From: a virus | Lineage: Duplodnaviria; Caudoviricetes | Virus record (IMG/VR): IMGVR_UViG_3300021256_000057 | Span: 119,568-183,567 of that record | DNA: 64,000 bases | Direction: 5' to 3' (one strand) | Shown: in pieces, positions 19,861-29,146 of the stretch | Position numbering within the stretch: position 1 is the stretch's first letter | Layout of the letters: each line of letters begins with the position of its first letter | Notes under the pieces: generated by a model | Seen by the model: only the letters and a program-made list of their open reading frames with translations | What the model was told of the DNA's origin: nothing | Database searches by the model: none | Program-made: the position numbers and the translations under genes

Positions 19861-20178
19861 TCAATAGCCAATAGTATCCATGATGTCATAATAGATCCAC
19901 TCTGCTCTTCTGATCAGCCACGAGCGGTTCTTTTTATCAAGATTATTAAAATCGTCCCCAAAAAACATAATATGGTCGGCATCAAGATAATCCCAGTGTA
20001 GATAAACATTGCCGTCATCATCCGGATCATCAAAGTAAATCTCACGCAGGTTAGGATTATCAAGCAGAAAATCAATGATCTTATCGACTGCGACTTCCTC
20101 ACTGTCATTTACGTTGAAATAGCCATTAGAGCCATATGCGCTTACTGCTACATAACGGTTATTAGAATATATCTTCAA
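19861..20178 (-). CDS. acidic protein with MKIYSN leader (TTG start)
   Basis: TTG AAG ATA TAT TCT AAT at 20178 after AGGGTG SD. Confidence 0.6.
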   Translation of the reverse strand: MKIYSNNRYVAVSAYGSNGYFNVNDSEEVAVDKIIDFLLDNPNLREIYFDDPDDDGNVYLHWDYLDADHIMFFGDDFNNLDKKNRSWLIRRAEWIYYDIMDTIGY

Positions 20179-20242
20179 AATCGTACACCCTTTTATTGAT
20201 TCTGTCTCCGAGCTTCTGTGATTGCTTCTTTCCACCATTATA

Positions 20243-20569
20243 TTATATAACGAACACACCGTATCCTTTTTCAAGATACTCCGCACTTTCATCCTTGTAC
20301 TCTTCACCGATAGCTCTGAATAGCCTTGCGGCATCTTCATTATCTGGTGCTACTACGATAGTATCGAATTTATCGGACAATAGTTTCATTGTAGCTGTGC
20401 CGTATCCGTAGTTTCTGTATTGAGGCATAATATCTATCCTCTCACAGAACGCTACATCATCTACAGCTATTGTACAATCACCTATTGTAATACCGTCTGT
20501 TTTTATAGAGTACAGGATGTAAATGTACGGAGTATCATAGGAGGTGTTTTCTTCTACCAGCTCAACCAT
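20243..20569 (-). CDS. GNAT acetyltransferase
   Basis: IDIMPQYRNYGYGT acetyl-CoA motif; NEDAARLF. Confidence 0.75.
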   Translation of the reverse strand: MVELVEENTSYDTPYIYILYSIKTDGITIGDCTIAVDDVAFCERIDIMPQYRNYGYGTATMKLLSDKFDTIVVAPDNEDAARLFRAIGEEYKDESAEYLEKGYGVFVI

Positions 20570-20570
20570 A

Positions 20571-21116
20571 TCAGCGGAAGTCAGATGGCTTCATGTAAAT
20601 GGCCTGGGAGATAATAAATGGTACTTGTACCTTTACTACATCTCCGCCTGTCTGATTCATGCTGCCGTTGTCAAGAGCCCCGATCCATGTACCGGGGCAG
20701 CGGATGACGTCTCTTACATTCCACTGGCCGTCATACTTGATAAAGTATACCTGCTTCATGTACTGAGACGGAAGTCCCATCTTCTGGGTCTCTGGGTCGT
20801 ATACGAGCTTTCTCCATGCCCGTAGGTTCTCTAGGACGTTAGGTTCGCAGTAGCAGTTGAGTGTCCACGTTACATCACCATACGATACCTTGGATGGGAA
20901 CTTGATAAGTCCGTTTCCATAGTGTACGGTAATACTATCCTGCTGTTCCTGAATTGAACCTACTTCATCGGTCGATAGTGTCAGGAGTTCGTTGAACTCG
21001 GTCGGGAGAGATCCGTCCATGTTGTAGACGCGAACTTCAAAGTTATTTGTGGTCAGAGGTACGAAATTATCGATGCCAAGCATATGATTCGTCCCCATCT
21101 GCAGTGGAGTAAACAT
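20571..21116 (-). CDS. tail tube protein (gp19-like)
   Basis: Size and motifs (WRKLVYDPETQKMGLPSQY, CPGTWIG); AACCTTATATA upstream. Confidence 0.75.
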   Translation of the reverse strand: MFTPLQMGTNHMLGIDNFVPLTTNNFEVRVYNMDGSLPTEFNELLTLSTDEVGSIQEQQDSITVHYGNGLIKFPSKVSYGDVTWTLNCYCEPNVLENLRAWRKLVYDPETQKMGLPSQYMKQVYFIKYDGQWNVRDVIRCPGTWIGALDNGSMNQTGGDVVKVQVPFIISQAIYMKPSDFR

Positions 21117-21231
21117 CCGATCATTTCCTTTCAATAAGATTTTTATTTTTGAGTGCATGAGGGAATGTTTATGGTTTTTCTCCCTCTACTTATATATAAG
21201 GTTTTTTGTTTTTCAATTTTTTTTGATGTAA

Positions 21232-21269
21232 TAAAAAAAACAGCTCCTACCGTTAGGGTAGAAGCTGCT
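21232..21269 (-). terminator. intrinsic terminator
   Basis: CAGCTTCTACC/GGTAGGAGCTG stem plus T9. Confidence 0.7.
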
Positions 21270-21278
21270 ATGCTATAT

Positions 21279-22940
21279 TTACTTTATCCAGACGTAAACT
21301 CCTTGACCACAATCATATACTGGTAGCCATCCATGGGAGAGCATCAGTTCTTCATTATCTACTCCTTTGCCATAGTCTGTATTAAACAGTTGATCAAATC
21401 CTCGTCTCAGCAAGAGGTTGTTTGTTATCTTTTCCGACCCATGAGACCAGACTTTTGTTGGTGCTGTGTCATGATGATGTGTGAAGCCTAGTTTTGTGTA
21501 CACATCTCCTGAGAATTTTGCTTTGTCACAGTATGAGATGATCGATATAGGGTCGTGGTCTTTGAGGAAGTGCTTGAATAGTCGTTCTGCTCCACCTACT
21601 ACATAGTATCCTGTCTTGGTACAAAGGCGCAATAGCTCCCATTGGTAGTTTTTGTTGTATCGTGGTAGACCGAAGGTCATGATCTGCATTAGCCCATCCT
21701 GGTAGTACAGGCCATAGCAAACTGTTTGACCGCGGCAGTAACCTTGTAGATGGTAGTTAGATTCAAACTCTTTGATAACTGAGGCGTCTGAGATCTCTTT
21801 TACGCTGCAAGCTCTTGCCTGTATCCTTTGCTTGTCTAATAGGAGATTTACAATGTCAAACTGATTGTCCCAGTCGAAGATGTGGATGCATCTGTAACCA
21901 GCATCGGTCGCTACATTTGTTTTGTCTAAATGGTACTTAGGTGAGATGCCTTTGTGATTCCAATGATTTCCGATAGTATTGTGTGTATAAGTTGGATCGA
22001 TCTCGATAACAACATTCTTGCTTGGGATGAGCACGTCATATCTCTTTGTGCCGATAACATGCTCGAACTCGCAATGGATTCCATATGCCTCAAGTATCCT
22101 TGCGAATTTCCTGTTTGCTGTAGAGACAACAAAATGTCCGTTGTTCATCAGGTATTCATCTGTCAGAACAAAGTACGGAACACCATATCGAGCTAGGGTA
22201 GTCTGCTTCATCTTCTCTGCGAACTCTGGTACATGAACAGCCCGTTTTACTCCGTATCTTCTGATCGTGGTATCCCGAGACTTCAAAGCAAACTTCTTCT
22301 TGTACTCAGTACCGTATCTAGCGACTTTAGTAGCAACTCCCTTCTCTGCAATCTCTCTAAGCTGCATCGGGTTTGGAACTCCGTACTTAGCAATATTTGT
22401 GGCGCGGATACGTTCAACTATCTCAGGCACTCTTGATGCATTATCCACACCGTACTTTTCTTGCATGGTTGCTTTAACTTTGTCTGCAAGAGCTGGAGAT
22501 TGCAATGTATAAGATGCACCATATCTATCTTCCATTGTCTTACGACCAGCAGAGTAAACATCTGGATTTCCAATAGCCCAGTCTGTTCCAAACTTCTGTT
22601 GATTAGTACGGATAGCTCTCTGCTTGATTGCATCAGACTGCAATGGGGATTCTACCCCATAGGTGCAAAGCATGGATTCTTTGAAGTGCTCCTTTACTGA
22701 TTCGTTTTGCATAGGATGTTCTACACCATACTTCTCAATGTTCTGCTTCTTCGTAAATGCTCTGCTGCACTCTCGTGAGCAGAAGACGTTACGATCACTA
22801 GGACGTTTGAATGGTATTGGTGTACCGCAATTCTTACAAGGTCGGTAGTGCTGTTTGTCGCAGATCTTTTGAGTTTTGCAGGAAGTTACAAATTGTTCAC
22901 CACATATCTTACAAACTCTCTTGTACTCAAAGTCCATCAC
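21279..22940 (-). CDS. Hef-like free-standing homing endonuclease
   Basis: N-terminal CxxC fingers, repeated KYGV/RYGV units, YDVLI..EID nuclease core, GNAT-like C-terminus; TTGCTT-17-TATAAT upstream. Confidence 0.65.
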   Translation of the reverse strand: MMDFEYKRVCKICGEQFVTSCKTQKICDKQHYRPCKNCGTPIPFKRPSDRNVFCSRECSRAFTKKQNIEKYGVEHPMQNESVKEHFKESMLCTYGVESPLQSDAIKQRAIRTNQQKFGTDWAIGNPDVYSAGRKTMEDRYGASYTLQSPALADKVKATMQEKYGVDNASRVPEIVERIRATNIAKYGVPNPMQLREIAEKGVATKVARYGTEYKKKFALKSRDTTIRRYGVKRAVHVPEFAEKMKQTTLARYGVPYFVLTDEYLMNNGHFVVSTANRKFARILEAYGIHCEFEHVIGTKRYDVLIPSKNVVIEIDPTYTHNTIGNHWNHKGISPKYHLDKTNVATDAGYRCIHIFDWDNQFDIVNLLLDKQRIQARACSVKEISDASVIKEFESNYHLQGYCRGQTVCYGLYYQDGLMQIMTFGLPRYNKNYQWELLRLCTKTGYYVVGGAERLFKHFLKDHDPISIISYCDKAKFSGDVYTKLGFTHHHDTAPTKVWSHGSEKITNNLLLRRGFDQLFNTDYGKGVDNEELMLSHGWLPVYDCGQGVYVWIK

Positions 22941-23077
22941 ATATCACCACCAGGAATAATCTGCAAATGTCCACCAGAATTTATTATTATACCACAAATG
23001 ATTGTAAAAAGCAAGCAGCTTCATCAAGCGTGTTATATGGCGGCACTGAAATACCAATAGACATTTACATCCATCGG

Positions 23078-23848
23078 CTAGAGCTCCATACCTATCAACT
23101 CTTTCACCTTAGCTTTATATGCGTCTATGGCATCAAAATCTGTATATCCATCACCGCATAAGCAATGCTTTAGCGGAAACTGTAACAAATCGTGTAGGTT
23201 CTTGATCTCTTCCTTGTATTCGCTTATTCTTTGTTCGCTTACATTAGCTTGTCTTTTGTGTTCGGCAGTAGCAAGAGCTTTCAATTTTGATGTACCACTT
23301 GCAGATGCAGAACCCTTACCAATTGTGGCATCTAGGCTACTATACTCGACAACATCCCACGGTAGAGGCCTTGTATAATACTTTTGGCACAAGGACTTAG
23401 CTTTGACCACATCGTAAACGAATGGAACTGTGTCATTTAAGAATCTTTGGACTCGTGAATCTTGTGATAACTCTGGAAGGTAGTACCTGCCAGTACCATC
23501 TGGCAAAGTAAATGTGGCAACTTGTAGTCCAGACAATAATTCTTTAATGAATGCATGGAATGATTCTGTCCGTGCCATTGCTGGCTTGGTACGCACACCA
23601 TCACCAATGTGAACGGTAATATTCGTTACTGCATAACAAGATACTACATTGCTTATGTCTGTAATCGAAACCCCGTCACGTCCATACTTGCCAGATTCTT
23701 CGATTCCACCCCAGATGCTATGTAGCATTTTACTTGATGGCATAGATCCATCCCATGGATATATTTTCAATGTGTCCCAATTGGAGTCATACTTCCACAA
23801 AAGTTTCTCCTTCGGGCACATGCCGTAATAAGATTTACTCATTTTCAT
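23078..23848 (-). CDS. hypothetical protein, paralog of N-terminus of 26534..27349
   Basis: YYGMCP..LLWK vs YYGSCP..LVWK. Confidence 0.65.
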   Translation of the reverse strand: MKMSKSYYGMCPKEKLLWKYDSNWDTLKIYPWDGSMPSSKMLHSIWGGIEESGKYGRDGVSITDISNVVSCYAVTNITVHIGDGVRTKPAMARTESFHAFIKELLSGLQVATFTLPDGTGRYYLPELSQDSRVQRFLNDTVPFVYDVVKAKSLCQKYYTRPLPWDVVEYSSLDATIGKGSASASGTSKLKALATAEHKRQANVSEQRISEYKEEIKNLHDLLQFPLKHCLCGDGYTDFDAIDAYKAKVKELIGMEL

Positions 23849-23862
23849 CGCTCCCGCAATTC

Positions 23863-24096
23863 TTAATCTCTAAGTATCTCTTCTCCGATTTCAAGATCAG
23901 ATTCAAATAGCGGTGTTCTGGCACCATTTGAAGATTGACAGATACTGGTATTTACAGGTACAAAAATGATGTTCTGTGTAAGATTTTGCCAATCCAAGGT
24001 CTGACTGTTTTTACGCAGTTGTTTCATCATTTCGCAATCTGATTTTGGCATAGAGACCGACATATTTAATGTAAATACCTTTTCAAATGTCTCCAT
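23863..24096 (-). CDS. hypothetical protein
   Basis: 77-aa ORF with SD. Confidence 0.5.
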   Translation of the reverse strand: METFEKVFTLNMSVSMPKSDCEMMKQLRKNSQTLDWQNLTQNIIFVPVNTSICQSSNGARTPLFESDLEIGEEILRD

Positions 24097-24134
24097 TTAA
24101 AATCACATTCTTTCTATAATAGGAGAAGCGAATT

Positions 24135-24512
24135 TTACGAGTTCAGAAGTTTTAGCAACAAGCCGAGCATAAACGGCGCCCAAGCCAAAGCGGCCAATAT
24201 CAATAGCTCATACCATTTGACATTGATCTTTTCCTTATATACGGACTCTGGCTCAGGAAATGGCTCCGGTTCTGTTTTTGGCATGTACTGTGCATCCTGG
24301 CAAATGCTCGTGTCTAATGGATTACAACCCGTAGCCTTGCAAATGTTCATGTCTAGTTTTTGTTGCGCCACAGCCCGGTCTATTGCAAGTTGTTGTTTTG
24401 CTGTTTCACGCGCAAAGTCCAAGTACGAATAGCTATCCGTGCATAACCTTTCGACAGTCATAAAGGGGACGCCGTCGGCATATAGGGTATGCTCTACATA
24501 TCTAGCAACCAT
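24135..24512 (-). CDS. membrane-anchored protein flanking IS607 right end
   Basis: C-terminal hydrophobic helix. Confidence 0.55.
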   Translation of the reverse strand: MVARYVEHTLYADGVPFMTVERLCTDSYSYLDFARETAKQQLAIDRAVAQQKLDMNICKATGCNPLDTSICQDAQYMPKTEPEPFPEPESVYKEKINVKWYELLILAALAWAPFMLGLLLKLLNS

Positions 24513-24684
24513 TGTCAACACCGATACTGAAAACTTACATAAAGCCTATAAATAGGACATTTAATGTTCCATTCCTGCTTCACCCTGTCTGATTTTGCCA
24601 AAAGGCTACTCTCATTTGGTGTGACAATCCACAGGCTTAAATTCCCGACTATCGAATCGGTACATAGCATAATATCGCTTGTTT
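24505..24684 (-). ncRNA. putative TnpB omegaRNA scaffold plus flank-derived guide
   Basis: GGGAATTTAAGCCTGTGGA and GAAGCAGGAA blocks between tnpB stop and right end. Confidence 0.6.
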
Positions 24685-25866
24685 TTAAACTACGATATTG
24701 CTTTTAGCGTAGTTTCTTAGATTTATGGCCGCTTGTAGATCTCTGTCTATGGTGTTGCCACATTCAGAGCATACATATATTCTATCAGATAGTTTCAAGT
24801 CTCTTTTGATGTTACCACAACATGAACATAATTTGCTTGATGGATAAAATCTGTCTGCTGTGATAAACTTGATGTTGCCCCACTCAGACTTGTACTTCAT
24901 CTGCCGATATAGCTCATAAAAACTCTGCTCTTGCACTGCTTTTGCTAGATGCCGATTCTTCATCATTCCTACTACATTCAAGTCTTCCATAACAATGAAC
25001 TTTGGTTTTCGGCTCACAATTTCGGTAGTTACTTGATGAAGATAGTTATGACGAATATTTGTCAGTTTTCTGGAAACGACAAGCAATGCCCTCTGTGCTT
25101 TTGTAATGTTGCTTGTTTTACAGTATCTTTCTCCTTTCTTGTTTTTAAGGTATTTCCTTGATACCCTACGCTGCAACCTGCGTTTCTTCTTAGTCAGTTT
25201 CTTGACCCTTTTCGACTTATTGATGTTCTTATAGGTACGACCATCAGAGCATATTGCGAGATCCTTGATACCAATATCTATGCCGATGCCATCGTTTTTA
25301 GGTAGCTCATTACATCCCTCGCACTCAACACCTACTGATATCCACCAATTAAGACCATCAAATGTTATTCTTGGATTTGAATAATGTGCATCCACTGGTA
25401 TCCTACCATGCTCTGCAAGTCTGATCCAATTCAACGATTGCCGATTTGCTTTTCTGCTATCAGTTATCTTCTCAAGTTTCACATGAGTATCTGTAAATTT
25501 GATTTTTACATTATCCATGTAGAAACTAGGTCGAGATTTACGCTTACTCTTGAACTTTGGAAACTTTGCTCTGCCGGAAAAGAAGTTTTTGTATGCGGTA
25601 CAAGCATCTTTAATAGCCTGTTTTGCTATATTGTTGCTGTACTCTTTTAGCCATTGATACTCTTCTGTCTGTTTCAACTGAGTGAAGATTCTCCTCAGAT
25701 CACAATCGGATAGGAACTTGCCACCAGATTCATAGTTTGATTTTTGATACCCCAAAGCCCAGTTATAGGCAAAGCGAGCTACACCAGCATTTTGAAACAG
25801 CCTAGTCCTCTGTTTGTTGTTTGGGCAAAGTTGGACTTTGAATGTCCGAATCATATGTATCATCAC
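24685..25866 (-). CDS. tnpB: TnpB RNA-guided nuclease
   Basis: RuvC triad GIDIG / MEDL / DRD intact; CSCCG..CSECG zinc finger. Confidence 0.92.
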   Translation of the reverse strand: MMIHMIRTFKVQLCPNNKQRTRLFQNAGVARFAYNWALGYQKSNYESGGKFLSDCDLRRIFTQLKQTEEYQWLKEYSNNIAKQAIKDACTAYKNFFSGRAKFPKFKSKRKSRPSFYMDNVKIKFTDTHVKLEKITDSRKANRQSLNWIRLAEHGRIPVDAHYSNPRITFDGLNWWISVGVECEGCNELPKNDGIGIDIGIKDLAICSDGRTYKNINKSKRVKKLTKKKRRLQRRVSRKYLKNKKGERYCKTSNITKAQRALLVVSRKLTNIRHNYLHQVTTEIVSRKPKFIVMEDLNVVGMMKNRHLAKAVQEQSFYELYRQMKYKSEWGNIKFITADRFYPSSKLCSCCGNIKRDLKLSDRIYVCSECGNTIDRDLQAAINLRNYAKSNIVV

Positions 25867-26464
25867 CTACCAACTCTTTGATCATCTTCTTGGCTCTACC
25901 GGCTCTCTTACCTTGAAGTCTGCAACTGAAAACAGTGATTATTTGAACAAGGTCTTCAACAAGCTCCTGCTGTTCTGATTTCTCTGTGTTATCAATTACT
26001 TCGATCTTACACCCATGAATCTCAGCAATGGATTCAATTAGCTCAAACCCAAATCGGACAAGCCTATCTTTATACAAGACAACAACTTTATCTACCTCGT
26101 AAGAGCATATTTTTTGGATCAGAGTATTCAATCCCGACTTAGTGTAATTTATCCCGCTTCCGATGTCTGTGATTATTTCAAATGGATGCCCCTGTGCCAT
26201 AAGATACATCTTCATGTTCTCAACTTGTCGTTCAAGATCATCCTTTTGTTTATAGCTAGATACACGACAATATCCGATCGTAGGCCGCAGTTTATCATTT
26301 CGTTCACCAACGATTTGATGTAGCTGCTCTTCTGAATAATACCGATACCCACTGTCAGACCTATGATGTGGGATAAGTTTTCCAGAGATCTCCCAGTTCC
26401 TCAATGTCTGAGAAGTTACACCGATTATTTTAGCGAACTTGTTTATAGGATAATACCTTTCCAT
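25802..26464 (-). CDS. tnpA: IS607 serine transposase
   Basis: MerR-type HTH plus YCRVSS catalytic motif. Confidence 0.92.
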   Translation of the reverse strand: MERYYPINKFAKIIGVTSQTLRNWEISGKLIPHHRSDSGYRYYSEEQLHQIVGERNDKLRPTIGYCRVSSYKQKDDLERQVENMKMYLMAQGHPFEIITDIGSGINYTKSGLNTLIQKICSYEVDKVVVLYKDRLVRFGFELIESIAEIHGCKIEVIDNTEKSEQQELVEDLVQIITVFSCRLQGKRAGRAKKMIKELVGDDTYDSDIQSPTLPKQQTED

Positions 26465-26533
26465 GATCATCACCTCAGCTATATATAAGGTTAGAAAATC
26501 ATGGGATATTATAAAGGATTTGTAATCTTTATA

Positions 26534-27349
26534 TTAACTGTTAATTACCTCCTCGCCCTTCTTATAGTTCTCGATAGCCCTATTGATATACAGTTTAGCC
26601 ATCTCGAGATCCTGAATGGGCTTACCATTGTTACGGTAGCGGCAGATATACTTGATAGCGTTGCCGATCGCATAAGCCTCGTCACCTGGCAGATCACAGA
26701 TTACGGCCTCTATAATATCAATGACCTCCATACCGCTGCGCGTCTTGTAGTGGGACTGATGGTTGACGAGATCGTTGTCACAGTTCTTAATAATCTGCAT
26801 GGTGTCGAAATAAAATGTTTCAACGTCGCCTTTCCTGATTTTTTCAAGCTGGCGTACAATCTTGGGCTCGTGGTTATCAGTCATACGCTTATCGAAAACC
26901 CGATCACTTTTGATCTTCTGTACCCGTCCCCAAATATAGGGAACAGCGTCATTCATAAATTTCTTGATTCGCTGCCCTCTCGATAGCTCTTCAGTAGAGA
27001 TCCGGCTAGTTCCATTGGAAAGGGTATACTCCGCGACCAATACGCCATCGTTAAGCATTTTGATAAACTGCCTAAAAGACACGGTCAAAATATTCCCAAA
27101 CCCCCCGTACATGACGAGAATGGTAACTTCGAGATCGATAGTGGCTTGAAGGATACGATCGCGCCACTCCCCTCCGTATCCGGCGCTATCCCAGATTATA
27201 GCCCAAATATCCTCGAGGCTCTTATTCGTCTGTAACGTGTCAAAGGGCCAGATCTCTATATCGCTACCATCGCAAGCACACTTCCACACGAGACCCTCCG
27301 CAGGACACGAGCCATAATACAATTCTGTCATATTCCTTTCTCCTTTCAA
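26534..27349 (-). CDS. paralog-domain protein with C-terminal DUF3310-like domain
   Basis: VNHQSHY..MEVIDII..GNAIKYICR..DLEMA. Confidence 0.7.
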   Translation of the reverse strand: MKGERNMTELYYGSCPAEGLVWKCACDGSDIEIWPFDTLQTNKSLEDIWAIIWDSAGYGGEWRDRILQATIDLEVTILVMYGGFGNILTVSFRQFIKMLNDGVLVAEYTLSNGTSRISTEELSRGQRIKKFMNDAVPYIWGRVQKIKSDRVFDKRMTDNHEPKIVRQLEKIRKGDVETFYFDTMQIIKNCDNDLVNHQSHYKTRSGMEVIDIIEAVICDLPGDEAYAIGNAIKYICRYRNNGKPIQDLEMAKLYINRAIENYKKGEEVINS

Positions 27350-27354
27350 ACATA

Positions 27355-27717
27355 TCAGTCTTCGAGTATTGCTTCTTCGACTTCAAGGTACATGGCAAGA
27401 TAACTGTGTTCTGAGATCATCTCGGCTCTTTCTTTTTCAGCGCCATCTTTAGTACGATGTATGCCGTAAATTCGCGAACCATCATAGTTGTCTTTGATCC
27501 ATAGAATGTAAACTGACCCACTGTCAGAATAGATCGGCCCTTTACCTTCTTTTGCATCTTCCGTCCAGTCAGTAAGCTGCCGGAGGATATTTCTGAAGTG
27601 TCTAAGAGCTAGTTCCTTGATCGATGCACCAGAGGTATAGAACCAAGCATCTTTCTTGAGCTGCTCACGCTCACGCTGCACAAGGTTCATTACATCTTTT
27701 AGTTTAATATATTTCAT
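27355..27717 (-). CDS. hypothetical protein
   Basis: 120-aa ORF with GGAG SD. Confidence 0.6.
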   Translation of the reverse strand: MKYIKLKDVMNLVQREREQLKKDAWFYTSGASIKELALRHFRNILRQLTDWTEDAKEGKGPIYSDSGSVYILWIKDNYDGSRIYGIHRTKDGAEKERAEMISEHSYLAMYLEVEEAILED

Positions 27718-27736
27718 GATCGCATCTCCTATTGTT

Positions 27737-28342
27737 TTAGTGATTCACATCAAAGTGGCGCGCTTGTTTACTTGCATGATTTGTTGTGAATGTAACAGCA
27801 TCTCCGACGTCAAAGCCATACCACATATCTGCATCTACCTCATACTTATCGCCGTCAACAACTATGTACAGATGCTCGTTGAGGTCATTTGAAATCTCAT
27901 TTGCATTGTCTCTTTCAGGCCAGTAAGGTACTTTATCCGTGCCAGATGCTTCAGCATTGCCGATGCTCCTGCTCCATGACATCTCGGAGATACTTCCAGA
28001 TACTTTGTACGGACAAAATAGGTAAACCAGTCCAACCAATGCAGCGCATAACAAAAGCCGCTTAATTGGCATGAAATCTACAGGCTTTTTTGTGGTATCC
28101 ATATCCACATCGATGTCAATGCTATACTGTACATGAGGATCTCTTCCGATGTTACACTTCATGCAGTACATGTCGGCAGACCAATTGAACTGACCACACC
28201 GAGTACATACCCAGGCACATGGATCAGACTGCTCTGGTGATTCATACATTGATGTATCTCTGTACTGGTCGCATCTCGGGCATTGAAGAACCTCGATCGG
28301 GATACCGCTTCTTCCGCATTTACAAGTCCAATGGAATGACAT
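27737..28342 (-). CDS. RanBP2-type zinc-finger membrane protein
   Basis: WTCKCG..CPRC and WVCTRCG..CMKC; one TM helix. Confidence 0.6.
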   Translation of the reverse strand: MSFHWTCKCGRSGIPIEVLQCPRCDQYRDTSMYESPEQSDPCAWVCTRCGQFNWSADMYCMKCNIGRDPHVQYSIDIDVDMDTTKKPVDFMPIKRLLLCAALVGLVYLFCPYKVSGSISEMSWSRSIGNAEASGTDKVPYWPERDNANEISNDLNEHLYIVVDGDKYEVDADMWYGFDVGDAVTFTTNHASKQARHFDVNH

Positions 28343-28914
28343 TACCGTTCACCAGCCTTCTTTACAGTTTTTCCGTAGATGAAGAAATACATTGTATTGT
28401 CTATCATGTTTCCTATGGTAGCTATCACTATCATAACATGGAAATCAAGGGATAGGTATATCGCTATCAATGATCCTATGATAGTAGCCGCCGCGGCAGC
28501 AGAATTATCTCTATTGTCAAAAGAATTCCTGCTATCTTCCGTAGTGTATCTCCGTGCCTTTAGTTTGATATATCCACAAATGATGTTACGAGTGATCAGA
28601 GCAAAGAACAGAGTGTCCAAAATATAGTAGGCTCTGACATCATCGGTTATCAGTATTACAGATGTAGCAATGATGGTCGTTAGAGATTCAACTATGCAAA
28701 TCACAGGGAAAAATCGAAACAGCGTGTCACCCACTCTATTCCATGCTGCACTGAATACGATGATGGAAACACAATTGACGATCTGCTGAGTAGCTATGTA
28801 GCTCTCTGGAATGATAGATATGATGTATTTATTGATATATGGCCATGTTGCAGAGTAGAACAGAGTGGTTAGGAACGTTGCAAGTATCATGCCATCAATT
28901 TTTACCTTCTTCAT
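28342..28914 (-). CDS. multi-pass membrane protein
   Basis: About six hydrophobic segments. Confidence 0.65.
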   Translation of the reverse strand: MKKVKIDGMILATFLTTLFYSATWPYINKYIISIIPESYIATQQIVNCVSIIVFSAAWNRVGDTLFRFFPVICIVESLTTIIATSVILITDDVRAYYILDTLFFALITRNIICGYIKLKARRYTTEDSRNSFDNRDNSAAAAATIIGSLIAIYLSLDFHVMIVIATIGNMIDNTMYFFIYGKTVKKAGER

Positions 28915-29119
28915 TGGATTCTCCTAACCACTTGATGTAGCACTCTGGGTGCATATTTGCTCCGTTTGTAAGATGCACATACTCCTCTGTGCTGATGTTC
29001 TTGTTACAGTAAGTACATGTTCGTTCTTCTGAGGATGCAACATAAAACATCAAGCAGACCAGTATTGTTAAAACAAATGCCATAATTGCACACTTGATGA
29101 TTTCACCATGCTTGTTCAC
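28895..29119 (-). CDS. small membrane protein with zinc finger
   Basis: TM helix + CTYC..HPEC. Confidence 0.5.
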   Translation of the reverse strand: MNKHGEIIKCAIMAFVLTILVCLMFYVASSEERTCTYCNKNISTEEYVHLTNGANMHPECYIKWLGESNEEGKN

Positions 29120-29146
29120 GTTCTCACCCCCAATTATAACGATTAC

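Larger units (their letters stand above)
24521..26549 (-). mobile_element. IS607-family element (tnpA + tnpB)
   Basis: GG dinucleotides at 26548-26549 and 24521-24522 bound tnpA-tnpB-omegaRNA; ends inferred. Confidence 0.8.

Noticed and set aside
24521-26549. IStron (IS607 with group I intron)
   Set aside because: Only ~85 nt lie between the left end and tnpA, too short for a ribozyme core.
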